The notes under the pieces: generated by a model
The model's database searches: none
What the model saw: only the letters and a program-made list of their open reading frames with translations
Told to the model about the DNA's origin: nothing
NCBI GenBank assembly: GCA_040901985.1
Contig: JBBDYC010000019.1
Coordinates: forward strand, 79,770 to 143,769
Reading direction: 5' to 3'
Source of the DNA: Gemmatimonadaceae bacterium
GTDB taxonomy: Bacteria > Gemmatimonadota > Gemmatimonadetes > Gemmatimonadales > Gemmatimonadaceae
DNA: 64,000 bases
In this document: positions 46,894 to 56,151 of the stretch, one piece after another
Layout: each line of letters opens with the position of its first letter
How positions within the stretch are numbered: the stretch's first letter is position 1
Made by a program: the position numbers and the translations under genes

Positions 46894-47685
46894 TTGACCG
46901 ACGACGCACGGCCCGACCTGAGCGACGAGATCCGGACCGGCCCTGACGCGCCGTGGCCGGAGGCGCCGGACGCGCCGGTCGTCGTCGCGCCGCGTCGCTT
47001 CCCGGTCCTGCGGACAACCTGGGAGTGGGCCAAGTCCATCTCGATGGCCATCATCCTCTTCCTCCTCGTCCGCGCCTTCCTCGTCGAGGCGTTCAAGATT
47101 CCCAGTGGATCCATGGAAGGCACGCTCCTGGTCGGCGATTTCCTCCTCGTGAACAAGTTGGTGTACGGCGCCGAGGTGCCGATCCTGCGGAAGCACCTGC
47201 CGGCGGTGCGCGATCCACGCCTCGGCGACGTCATCGTCTTCCAATGGCCGGAGGACCCCGAGAAGAGCTTCGTGAAGCGGCTGGTCGGCCTTCCGCACGA
47301 CACCGTGGAGATGCGACGCGGCGTGCTCTTCCGGAACGGCCGGGCGCAGCTGGAACCGTACGCGGTGCGCAGTGCCGCGGCTGGCGACCCGCCGAGCGAG
47401 GAGTTCCGTTGGCAGCGCGACTACGTCCCGCCGGCGGTGGACGTGCGGCGTTATCATCCGTCCCGCAACAATTGGGGTCCGCTGGTGGTTCCCGCCGACC
47501 ATTATTTCGTCCTTGGCGACAATCGCGACAATTCCAGTGACAGTCGCTACTGGGGCTTTCTTCCCGACACCCTGGTACGCGGCACGCCGATCCTGGTGTA
47601 TTACAGCTACGCGCCCGACAGTGGCCACGCCTTTGATTGGCTGACCCGCGTACGCTGGCAGCGGTTGGGAGAGTTGATCCGCTAG
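46894..47685 (+). CDS. lepB: Signal peptidase I
   Basis: IPSGSMEGTL..GD, FVKRLVGLP, GDNRDNSSDSRYWG. Confidence 0.95.
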   Translation: MTDDARPDLSDEIRTGPDAPWPEAPDAPVVVAPRRFPVLRTTWEWAKSISMAIILFLLVRAFLVEAFKIPSGSMEGTLLVGDFLLVNKLVYGAEVPILRKHLPAVRDPRLGDVIVFQWPEDPEKSFVKRLVGLPHDTVEMRRGVLFRNGRAQLEPYAVRSAAAGDPPSEEFRWQRDYVPPAVDVRRYHPSRNNWGPLVVPADHYFVLGDNRDNSSDSRYWGFLPDTLVRGTPILVYYSYAPDSGHAFDWLTRVRWQRLGELIR

Positions 47686-47783
47686 TGTTGGTCGAGTGAC
47701 GCGCGGGGGAGCTTACGCCCCGCTGCGCGACTCTGCACATTCCGCGAGTGAGCGGAGACGTACAACGCCGGGCGCGAGGTGGT

Positions 47784-48641
47784 ATGGCGGGAGTCCAGGG
47801 CAGGCGACAGGGGTACGAGGAAGGCTCCCTCGACCAGTATCTGCGGGACATCAGCGTCTTTCCGCTGATTTCGCGCGACGAGGAGGTGCGTCTCGCCCAG
47901 CGCATCCGCGCCGACGACCAGGAGGCGCTCGACACCCTCGTCCGCTCCAACCTCCGATTCGTGGTCTCGGTCGCCAAGAAGTACCAGAATCAGGGCGTGT
48001 CGCTCTCCGACCTGATCAACGAGGGCAACCTCGGCCTCATCCGCGCCGCCCACAAGTTCGACGAGACGAAGGGCATCAAGTTCATCTCCTACGCCGTCTG
48101 GTGGATCCGCCAGGCGATTCTCCAGGCGCTCGCCGAGCAGAGCCGGATCGTCCGCGTGCCGCTCAACCGCGCGGGGACGCTCCACCGCATCGGCAAGCGT
48201 GCCAACGCGCTGCTCCAGGAACTGGGCCGCGAGGCCACCCACGCCGAGATCGCCGAGGGGATGGAGATCACCGAGGAAGAGGTCGCGAAGACGATGTCCA
48301 TCTCGCAGACCCACCTCTCGCTCGACGCGCCGATGGCGCCGGGCGAGGACAACCGCCTCCTCGACTACATCCCCGACACGCAGAGCGCCACGCCCGACGA
48401 GGAGACGTTCGAGAAGGCGCTCATTGACTCGGTGCACGAGGCGCTCGCCGGCCTCAAGGAGCGCGAAGCCAAGATCCTCCGGCTCTACTTCGGGCTCGAC
48501 GGCTCCGATCCAATGACCCTCGAGCAGATCGGCGCGGTGCTCAACATCACCCGCGAGCGCGTCCGGCAGATCAAGGAAAAGGCGCTCTCCCGGCTCCGGC
48601 ACGTCAGCCGCGCACGGGCGCTCGAGTCGTACCTCGGGTAG
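47784..48641 (+). CDS. Sigma-70 factor, RpoD/RpoS-like, lacking region 1.1
   Basis: SLDQYLRDI, NLRFVVSVAKKY, DLINEGNLGL, KFISYAVWWIRQ, TLEQIG...TRERVRQIK; GAGGTGG SD. Confidence 0.93.
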   Translation: MAGVQGRRQGYEEGSLDQYLRDISVFPLISRDEEVRLAQRIRADDQEALDTLVRSNLRFVVSVAKKYQNQGVSLSDLINEGNLGLIRAAHKFDETKGIKFISYAVWWIRQAILQALAEQSRIVRVPLNRAGTLHRIGKRANALLQELGREATHAEIAEGMEITEEEVAKTMSISQTHLSLDAPMAPGEDNRLLDYIPDTQSATPDEETFEKALIDSVHEALAGLKEREAKILRLYFGLDGSDPMTLEQIGAVLNITRERVRQIKEKALSRLRHVSRARALESYLG

Positions 48642-48725
48642 CAAACCGCAGCCCGACCGGCGAGCTTTCGGGGTACGATGCGGGTGCCGTGACCTCCCGT
48701 CTCCCCCTCACCTCTCCCCGCTGCC

Positions 48726-49229
48726 GTGGCCAAGGACGCTTCCTTCGACGTGACCACCGGCGTGAACCTCCAGGAGGTTGACAACGCCGTCAACCAGGCC
48801 TCCAAGGAGATCGCGCAGCGCTACGACTTCAAGGACGCCAAGCTGGCGACCGTCGAGTTCAAGCGCGCCGAGGGGTTGATCAAGCTCTCCAGCGACGCCG
48901 ACATCCGGCTCCGCGCGATGTGGGACATCCTCCAGTCCAAGCTCATCAAGCGCGGCGTCCCGGTGAAGAACCTCGACGCCGGCGATCCGACACCGGGTGG
49001 CGGCGACACCTGGCACCGCGACATCAAGCTCAAGCAGTCCCTCGACGGCGACACCTGCAAGCAGGTCGTCGCCGCCATCAAGGAGCGGAAATTCAAGAAG
49101 GTCCAAGCGAGCATCCAGGGCGACACCGTCCGCGTCGCCTCGCCAAGTCGCGACGAACTGCAGGCCGTGATGACGTTCCTGCGCGGGGAGGACTTCGGCG
49201 TCCAGCTCGACTTCGGCAACTACCGCTGA
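48726..49229 (+). CDS. yajQ: YajQ family nucleotide/c-di-GMP-binding protein
   Basis: SFDV...QEVDNAVNQ..KEI.QRYDFK; KVQASIQGD.VRV....RDELQ; FGNYR. Confidence 0.93.
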   Translation: MAKDASFDVTTGVNLQEVDNAVNQASKEIAQRYDFKDAKLATVEFKRAEGLIKLSSDADIRLRAMWDILQSKLIKRGVPVKNLDAGDPTPGGGDTWHRDIKLKQSLDGDTCKQVVAAIKERKFKKVQASIQGDTVRVASPSRDELQAVMTFLRGEDFGVQLDFGNYR

Positions 49230-49266
49230 CCCGCCCGTCTCCCCCCCCCCGCATCTCCCGCCCCCG

Positions 49267-50658
49267 ATGAAGTTCTCGCTCGTCACACTTGGCTGTGACA
49301 AGAATACGGTGGACAGCGAGCGCTACCTCGCGCAGTTGCTCGACCACGGCGCGGTCGAGGTCGCCGACTTGGCGGACGCGGAACTGATCATCGTCAACAC
49401 CTGCGGCTTCATTGACGCCGCCAAGCGCGAGTCCATTGACGCGATTGTCGCCGCCGGCCGCCTCAAGTCCTCCGGGAGCGCCACCGCCGTCGTCGCGGTC
49501 GGCTGCATGGTCGAGCGCCACAAGGCGGAGATGGGCGAGGCGCTTCCCGAGGTGGACCTCTTTCTCGGCGCGTCGGAGACCGACCAGCTCCTCCCGCGGC
49601 TGCGCGAGCGCGGACTGGTCGGCGACCCGGTCACGCAGCATCCCGGCGTGCGGGTCCACGCCGGCGATACGCCGTTCGTGCGCTACCTCAAGGTGAGTGA
49701 GGGGTGCGACCACGGCTGCGCCTTCTGCGCGATCCCGCTGATGCGCGGCCGGCACCGCTCGTTTGCGCCCGACGAGATCGTGCGCGAGGCGCAGCTGCTC
49801 GAACTGCAGGGCGCGCGCGAGGTGAACCTGGTGGCGCAGGACCTGGCGCACTACGGCCGCGACCGCCGTGACGGGGTGCGGCTTCCGGAGCTCCTCGAGG
49901 CGCTCCTCCGCGAGACGTCCATTCCGTGGATCCGGAATATGTACCTCTATTCGGCTGGAATCACGCCGCGCCTGCTCGAGGTGATCGCCGGCGAGCCGCG
50001 CATCCTCCGCTATCTCGACATGCCCATCCAGCACGCGTCGGATACGGTCCTCGAACGGATGCGGCGTCCCGAGCGGAAGCGCACCATCCGCGAGAAGGTC
50101 GCCCGCTTCCGCGACGCGGTGCCCGGCGTCGCAATCCGCACGACCGGCATCGTCGGCTTTCCCGGCGAGACCGAGGACGACGTGGCCCAGCTGGTCGAGT
50201 TCCTGCAGGAGATCCAGTTCGAGCGCGTCGGCGTCTTCACCTACTCGCCGCAGGAGGGGACGCGCGGCGCCGAGCTTGACGACGACGTGCCGGACCTCCT
50301 CAAGCGCGAGCGGCTCGAACGGGTGCAGGAGGCGCAGCGCCACATCACGGCCGAGCGCTACGAGTCGCGGATCGGCAGCGTCGCGCCGGCGCTGGTGGAG
50401 GCCGCGGCGCCCGTCGGCGGCGCGGCGCGCACCCGGCTTGCCTGGCAGGCCGATGACGTTGACGGGGTCACGCTGGTCCGCACCGACGCCCCGGCGGGGA
50501 GTCTGATCGAAGTGGACGTGCGCGCGGTGGTGGACGACTACGACTTCGTGGCCGATTTCCGTCGCCTGATCTCGCTGCCGCCGCCGGCCGACGCCGCACC
50601 GCGCCGCGGTCGGTCGCTGCCGATGCTGGCGACGACCGTTGGGAGCTTCGGCCGGTGA
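49267..50658 (+). CDS. rimO: Ribosomal protein S12 methylthiotransferase
   Basis: LGCDKNTVDSE, NTCGFI..AK.ES, GC; radical-SAM CDHGCAFC; GFPGETE; TRAM-like C-terminus. Confidence 0.92.
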   Translation: MKFSLVTLGCDKNTVDSERYLAQLLDHGAVEVADLADAELIIVNTCGFIDAAKRESIDAIVAAGRLKSSGSATAVVAVGCMVERHKAEMGEALPEVDLFLGASETDQLLPRLRERGLVGDPVTQHPGVRVHAGDTPFVRYLKVSEGCDHGCAFCAIPLMRGRHRSFAPDEIVREAQLLELQGAREVNLVAQDLAHYGRDRRDGVRLPELLEALLRETSIPWIRNMYLYSAGITPRLLEVIAGEPRILRYLDMPIQHASDTVLERMRRPERKRTIREKVARFRDAVPGVAIRTTGIVGFPGETEDDVAQLVEFLQEIQFERVGVFTYSPQEGTRGAELDDDVPDLLKRERLERVQEAQRHITAERYESRIGSVAPALVEAAAPVGGAARTRLAWQADDVDGVTLVRTDAPAGSLIEVDVRAVVDDYDFVADFRRLISLPPPADAAPRRGRSLPMLATTVGSFGR

Positions 50659-51929
50659 GATGGCGCGTCGCGCTCCTCGGCGCGGCGGCCGTGCTCGCCT
50701 GCACTCCGCGCGTCCGCGACGGCGGCGAGGGCGCGATCCGCGCCGCGCGGGGCGTCCCGCCGGTCCGCGTGGCGCTCGCGACCGGACTCGGCACCGTGCC
50801 GCTCGCGGCGAGCGGTGGCTGGACCCTCACCGACGCGCGCGGCGACGTGCTCGTGCGCGCGAGGGCCGGGGAGCGCTGGGAGGTCCAGCGGCGCGGCTCC
50901 GAGCTGCGCGCCATCCGCGACATCGGCACCGCCACCGCGTGGCGCGCCGGCCCGCTCACGCAACGGCCGGAGCGCGGCGGCGCCGTGCGTCACGCCGGCA
51001 AGTCCTACCGCGGCGCGCTGCGCATCGTCACGACGGAGTCCGGGCTCGCGGCGGTCAATGTCGTTCCGCTCGAGGACTACCTGCGCGGCGTGGTGCCGCT
51101 CGAGCTCGGCCCGCGTCCGCGCGCCGAGCGCGCCGCGGTCGAGGCGCAGGCAATCGCGGCGCGGTCGTACACCGTCATCCGGATGGCCGCGCGGGGAGCG
51201 CGGGCGGCCCCCTTCGACCTCGGCGCGACCGTCGCCGACCAGGTGTACGGCGGCCGCGACGCCGAGGATCCAGTCGCCGATGCGGCGGTGGCCGGCACCG
51301 CCGGCCGCGTCCTCCTCTACGGCGGCCGCGTGGTCACCGCCCCGTTCCACTCGACCTGCGGCGGCGAGACCGCGGCGGCGCAGGAGGTCTGGCGCTCCGA
51401 CGGCGAGCCCCACCTGCGCCGCGTCAGCGACCGGATCCCGGGACGCGACCGCTACTACTGCGACATCGCGCCGCGCTTCGCCTGGACTCGCGAACTCTCG
51501 GGCGCCACGCTCAACGCGGTCGTCGCGCGCTACCTCGCCGCCTTCGTCACCGTGCCGACTGGCGGCCCCGGCGAGGTGGACGCGGTGAGCGTCGTCGGGC
51601 GGACGCCGAGCGGGCGGGTGGACCAGCTACGGATCCGCGCCGTCCGCGGCACGTTCGCGGTGCGCGGGAACGACGCGCGCTCCGTCCTCCGCAGCGACGC
51701 TGGCGAGCCGTTGCCGAGTGCCTATTTTGAAGTGCGGGCGGTGCCCGCGTCGGGGGGCGGCATCGGCCGGCTCGTGATCCGTGGCAACGGGTTCGGGCAC
51801 GGCGTCGGGATGTGCCAGTGGGGCGCCATCGGCCGGGCCCGCGCCGGCCAGTCGGCGCGAGCGATTCTCCGGACGTACTATCCGGGCACGACCATCGGCC
51901 CGATTCCCTCAGGGTCATTCACCCAGTAA
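50655..51929 (+). CDS. SpoIID/LytB-domain lipoprotein (lytic transglycosylase-like)
   Basis: Lipobox LAC; YRG, VN.VPLEDYLRGVVPLE, AQAIAARSY, QVYGG, GFGHGVGMCQWGA, IL..YYPG. Confidence 0.9.
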   Translation: MRWRVALLGAAAVLACTPRVRDGGEGAIRAARGVPPVRVALATGLGTVPLAASGGWTLTDARGDVLVRARAGERWEVQRRGSELRAIRDIGTATAWRAGPLTQRPERGGAVRHAGKSYRGALRIVTTESGLAAVNVVPLEDYLRGVVPLELGPRPRAERAAVEAQAIAARSYTVIRMAARGARAAPFDLGATVADQVYGGRDAEDPVADAAVAGTAGRVLLYGGRVVTAPFHSTCGGETAAAQEVWRSDGEPHLRRVSDRIPGRDRYYCDIAPRFAWTRELSGATLNAVVARYLAAFVTVPTGGPGEVDAVSVVGRTPSGRVDQLRIRAVRGTFAVRGNDARSVLRSDAGEPLPSAYFEVRAVPASGGGIGRLVIRGNGFGHGVGMCQWGAIGRARAGQSARAILRTYYPGTTIGPIPSGSFTQ

Positions 51930-51941
51930 CGAATTTCCAGC

Positions 51942-52973
51942 GTGCCATCCACCCCACCATCCGGGACCGCGCGTCCGCCCCTCCGCCTTGGCGTCCTCGG
52001 CCTTGGCGCCATCGCCCAGATGGCGCACCTGCCCGTGCTGAGCAAGATGCGCGGGGTCCAGATTGCGGCGCTCTGCGACAACGACTCGGCCAAGGCCCGC
52101 TCGCTCGCCCAGCGCTTTGGCGTCCGCGACACCTGCTCAGACATTGATGAGCTGCTCGAGATTGACGGACTCGACGCGGTCATCGTGGCGACCCCCAACC
52201 ACCTCCACGAGGTGCACGTGCTCTCGACGCTGCGCGCCAAGCTGCACGTGCTCTGCGAGCGGCCCCTCGCCCTCAACGCGCGCGGCGTCGAACGGCTCGT
52301 CACGGCCGCCGAGAAGGTGGACCGGGTGATGATGGTCGCCAACAATCACCGCTTCCGACACGAAGCGCAGACGCTCGACGCGTTCCTCCGCGGTGGGGAA
52401 CTCGGCAAGATCAGTGCGGTGCGCGCCGGGGCGTATCGGCGCCGAGGCGAGGTGGCGCCGTGGCGGCTGCGCCGCCCCGAGGCGGGGGGCGGCGCCTTCC
52501 TCGAGCTCGGGCTGCCGCTGCTGGACCTCGCCGGCTGGCTGACCGACTTTCCCCGCGTCGTCCGCGTCAGCGCCTCGATGGAGCGCGCGCGCGGCGCCAC
52601 GGCGGTCGAGGAGGCGGCCATTGTCTTCATCGAGTGCCAGGGCGGCTTCACCGTCACCATTGATGTGCGCTGGAACTACGTCGGGGACGATGACCGGTGG
52701 TGGTTCGAAGTGATCGGCTCACAGGGCTCGGCGCGCCTCTCGCCGTTGCGCATCACCAAGGAGATCCACGGGAACGCGGTGGACGTCTCGCCGAGCGGCG
52801 CCGCGCAGCGCGACACCCTGTTCATCCAGTCGTACCGCTCGGAGCTCGCCCACTTCCTGGCGGCGGTCCGCGGCGAGACGCCGTACGAGCCGGCGAAGGA
52901 CCAAGTCCGTGTCTACAAGCTGCTCGACCTCATCTACAAGGCGGCCGACGACGCGAAGGAGCAGCGCCTGTGA
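51942..52973 (+). CDS. Gfo/Idh/MocA family oxidoreductase
   Basis: GVLGLGAIA, DAVIVATPN.LH, HVLCERP, GGG. Confidence 0.9.
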   Translation: MPSTPPSGTARPPLRLGVLGLGAIAQMAHLPVLSKMRGVQIAALCDNDSAKARSLAQRFGVRDTCSDIDELLEIDGLDAVIVATPNHLHEVHVLSTLRAKLHVLCERPLALNARGVERLVTAAEKVDRVMMVANNHRFRHEAQTLDAFLRGGELGKISAVRAGAYRRRGEVAPWRLRRPEAGGGAFLELGLPLLDLAGWLTDFPRVVRVSASMERARGATAVEEAAIVFIECQGGFTVTIDVRWNYVGDDDRWWFEVIGSQGSARLSPLRITKEIHGNAVDVSPSGAAQRDTLFIQSYRSELAHFLAAVRGETPYEPAKDQVRVYKLLDLIYKAADDAKEQRL

Positions 52974-54223
52974 GGATCCGCGGCGCGCTCGCGGCCGCCG
53001 TCGCCTGGTCCCTTGCGACCGCATCCCTCGGCGCCCAGGGACCCGGCGCCCGAGCGCCGGGGGCCCCGGTACCCGGCGCGACCATCCGCATCTCGGTGCT
53101 GACGATCGGCCAGGGCGACCTCGTCTTCGAGAACTTCGGCCACAACGCGCTGCGGGTGCAGGACCCGTCCATCGGCCTCGACATCGCCTATAACTGGGGG
53201 AGCTTCTCGTTCGAGCAGCCGCGGTTCATCCGACGCTTCCTCTCCGGCGACACGCAGTATTGGGTCGAGGGCATCGCAACCGACCGGCTCGTGCAGGCCT
53301 ATGTGTTCCGTGACCGGGAGATTCACGAGCAGGAACTGAACCTGACGCCGGCGCAACGCACGGAACTCGCGGCGCTCGCCGCCGAGAACGCGCTCGAGGC
53401 CAACAAGTACTATCGCTACGACTACTTCCGCGACAACTGCTCGACGCGCCTGCGCGACATCCTCGACACGGTGCTCGGTGGCTCCCTCGAACGGAGCTTC
53501 TCGCCGTTGCGCACGAGTTGGACCTACCGGAGCGAGGCGGTGCGCCTGACCGCGCCGAGCCGCTTCCCGCAGGCCGGCATTGATGTGGCGCTGGGACAGA
53601 AGGCCGACGTCCAGCTGACGGCGTGGGAGGCGATGTTCATCCCGATGCGGCTCCGCGACTACCTCCGCGACGTCACGGTCGCCGGGCCGGACGGCCGCGC
53701 CGAGCCGCTCGTGCTCGATGAGCGCCTCCTCTACCGGGCGCAGCGCGCGCCGGAGCTGCCGGAGCGCCGCGGCCTCGCCCTCGGCGCCTGGGGCCCCGTC
53801 CTTGGCGCCTGGATGCTCCTGCTCGCGCCGGTGAGCGCCGCCTCGCGGCGCCGGTCGCGCATTCCCGCCGCGGTAATGGCCTTCGTCTGGTATGCCCTGG
53901 TTGGCGTCATCGGCCTCCTCGTGCTCGCGATGTGGGTGGGGTCGGCGCACGTCTTCTGGTACAACAACCTCAACCTGCTGATTGTCTCGCCGCTCGGCCT
54001 CGTCGCCGCCTATCCGGTGGCGCGCGCCGTCTTCCGCGGGTCGCTCGACCTCGTCGCGCTGGGCCTGCTGACGGCGCTGACCGCGATGGCGGTGATTGCG
54101 CTCGTGATCGCGCCATTCGTGTCGCAGCGGCTGGGCGGGCCGCTCCTGCTCTTCCTTCCGGCGCAGCTCGGATTGGCGGTGGCGGTCTGGCGTCACACCC
54201 GGCCCGTCGCGGCGGCCGCCTGA
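52970..54223 (+). CDS. DUF4105 / Lnb-like membrane protein
   Basis: FGHNALRV, YNWGSF, EQELNL, YDYFRDNCSTR, MFIP; C-terminal TM helices; GTGA overlap start. Confidence 0.8.
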   Translation: MRIRGALAAAVAWSLATASLGAQGPGARAPGAPVPGATIRISVLTIGQGDLVFENFGHNALRVQDPSIGLDIAYNWGSFSFEQPRFIRRFLSGDTQYWVEGIATDRLVQAYVFRDREIHEQELNLTPAQRTELAALAAENALEANKYYRYDYFRDNCSTRLRDILDTVLGGSLERSFSPLRTSWTYRSEAVRLTAPSRFPQAGIDVALGQKADVQLTAWEAMFIPMRLRDYLRDVTVAGPDGRAEPLVLDERLLYRAQRAPELPERRGLALGAWGPVLGAWMLLLAPVSAASRRRSRIPAAVMAFVWYALVGVIGLLVLAMWVGSAHVFWYNNLNLLIVSPLGLVAAYPVARAVFRGSLDLVALGLLTALTAMAVIALVIAPFVSQRLGGPLLLFLPAQLGLAVAVWRHTRPVAAAA

Positions 54224-56151
54224 GCCGGCCGGGACTCGCCGCCGGGGTGGACGTCGGCGGCACCTTCACCGATCGCGCCGGCATCGCCCCCGACGGCCGG
54301 GTCTGGGCGCACAAGGTGCTCTCCACGCCGGCCGACCAGGGCGACGCCGTCGTCGCGTCGCTTCTCGGCCTGCCGGGGCCGCTCGAGCGCCTCGTGCACG
54401 GGACCACCGTCGTCACGAATCTCCTGCTCGAACGCAAGGGTGCGCGGGTGGTGCTCTGCGCGACGGCGGGCGCCAGCGACCTGCTCGAACTCCGGCGGCA
54501 GGACCGCGCGTCCCTCTACGACCTCGCCGCACGGCATCCGGCGGCGCTCGTCCCGCCGGAGCGCGTCGTTGCCGTGGGCGAGCGCCGCACGCCGACCGGC
54601 GTCGCGCTCGCGCTCGACGCGACGGAGATCGCCCGCGCGGTGCGGGCCGCGCTCGAGCGCGACCCCGAGGTCGTCGTCGTGGCCTTCCTCCACGCCTACG
54701 AGGACGACGCGCACGAGCGCGCGCTGGCCGACGCGTTGCGCGCGGCGCGGCCGGCGCTCGTCGTCGTCAGCGCCACCGCGGTGTTGCCCGAGATCCGCGA
54801 GTACGAGCGGACGGCCACCGCGGTCGCCGAGGGCTACGCGCGGCCGGCCGTCCAGCGCTACCTCGAGCGCCTCTCGGCGCGCCTGCGCGCGGCCGGCCAC
54901 CCGACGCCGGCGGTGATGACCTCCAGTGGCGGGATGCGAAGCGCCGACGAGGCCGCCACGCACGCGGCGTCGCTCGCGCTCTCGGGGCCGGCAGGCGGCG
55001 TCGTCGGCGCGGCGGCGGTGCTGCGCGCCCTTGGGCGCGACGACGCGTTGACGATTGACATCGGCGGGACCAGCGCGGACGCCGGCCTGGTGCTCGGCGG
55101 CGAGCCGCTGGTCGAGCCGGGCGGCGAGGTGGCCGGCGTGCCGATTGCGTTGCCCCGGGTGCTCGTCGAGACGGTCTCGGCCGGTGGCGGGAGCATCGCC
55201 TGGGTGGACGACGGCGGCGCGCTGCGCGTCGGGCCCGCGAGCGCCGGCGCGCACCCCGGGCCGGTCGCGTTCGGCCAGGGCGGAGTCGAGGTCACCGTCA
55301 CCGACGCGCAACTGGCGCTCGGCCGGATCGGCGACGGCGCGATGAGCGGTGGCGTGACGATTGACCGCCGCGCCGCCGCGCGCGCGGTCGCGGCGCTCGC
55401 CGAGCGCCTCGGTGCGCCGGCCGATCGCACGGCGCAGGCCATCGTTGACATCGCCGACGCCGGGATGGCGCGCGCGCTCCGCCGCGTGAGCGTGGACCGT
55501 GGCGTGGATCCGCGCTCCTGCACCCTGGTCGCGTTCGGCGGCGGTGGACCGCTGCACGCCTGCGCCCTCGCCGATGCGCTGGCGATGCCGACCATCCTCG
55601 TGCCGCCGCACGCCGGGGTGTTGAGCGCGGTGGGGCTGGCGCTCGCGCCCGAGCGCCGCGAGACCGCGATGAGTCTGCTCCTGCCGACCGACGCGCTGGA
55701 CGTGGCGGGGCTCGCCGCGCACTGCGCGGCGCTCGCGTCTGGCGTCAGCGGCGCCGACCGCCAGTGGATTGCCCGAATGCGCTTTGTCGGCCAGGGACAC
55801 GAACTCGACGTCGCCGTCACCACAGGGGACGACGGCGCGGCGCTCCGCGCGCGCTTCGTGGCGCAGCATCAGGCGCGCTACGGATTTGCGCTCGACCGTG
55901 CCGCCGAGGTGGTGGCGCTGCGCCACGTCGCGGGCGAGCCGGGGGCGACCGCGCGGTTCTCGCGGGACGCGGTCGCCCCGGCGTGGGATGCGCGCACCCG
56001 CACCGACCACGGTGGCCCGGCGCCGGATGTCATCGTCGTCGGCCCGGCGACGATTGTCCTCCCCGACGCCACGCTCTGGGTGGCCGACGGCTGGACTGCG
56101 TCGGCCCTGCCGATCGGCGGCTGGCTCCTCGAACGCGGCGCGGCGCGATGA
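54220..56151 (+). CDS. Hydantoinase/5-oxoprolinase subunit A
   Basis: GVDVGGTFTD, HGTT..TN.LLE, IREYER, SGPAGG, DIGGTS, AGGGSIA, GP.SAGA.PGP, FGGGGPLH; start inferred at CTG 54220 or GTG 54247. Confidence 0.9.
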   Translation: MSRPGLAAGVDVGGTFTDRAGIAPDGRVWAHKVLSTPADQGDAVVASLLGLPGPLERLVHGTTVVTNLLLERKGARVVLCATAGASDLLELRRQDRASLYDLAARHPAALVPPERVVAVGERRTPTGVALALDATEIARAVRAALERDPEVVVVAFLHAYEDDAHERALADALRAARPALVVVSATAVLPEIREYERTATAVAEGYARPAVQRYLERLSARLRAAGHPTPAVMTSSGGMRSADEAATHAASLALSGPAGGVVGAAAVLRALGRDDALTIDIGGTSADAGLVLGGEPLVEPGGEVAGVPIALPRVLVETVSAGGGSIAWVDDGGALRVGPASAGAHPGPVAFGQGGVEVTVTDAQLALGRIGDGAMSGGVTIDRRAAARAVAALAERLGAPADRTAQAIVDIADAGMARALRRVSVDRGVDPRSCTLVAFGGGGPLHACALADALAMPTILVPPHAGVLSAVGLALAPERRETAMSLLLPTDALDVAGLAAHCAALASGVSGADRQWIARMRFVGQGHELDVAVTTGDDGAALRARFVAQHQARYGFALDRAAEVVALRHVAGEPGATARFSRDAVAPAWDARTRTDHGGPAPDVIVVGPATIVLPDATLWVADGWTASALPIGGWLLERGAAR

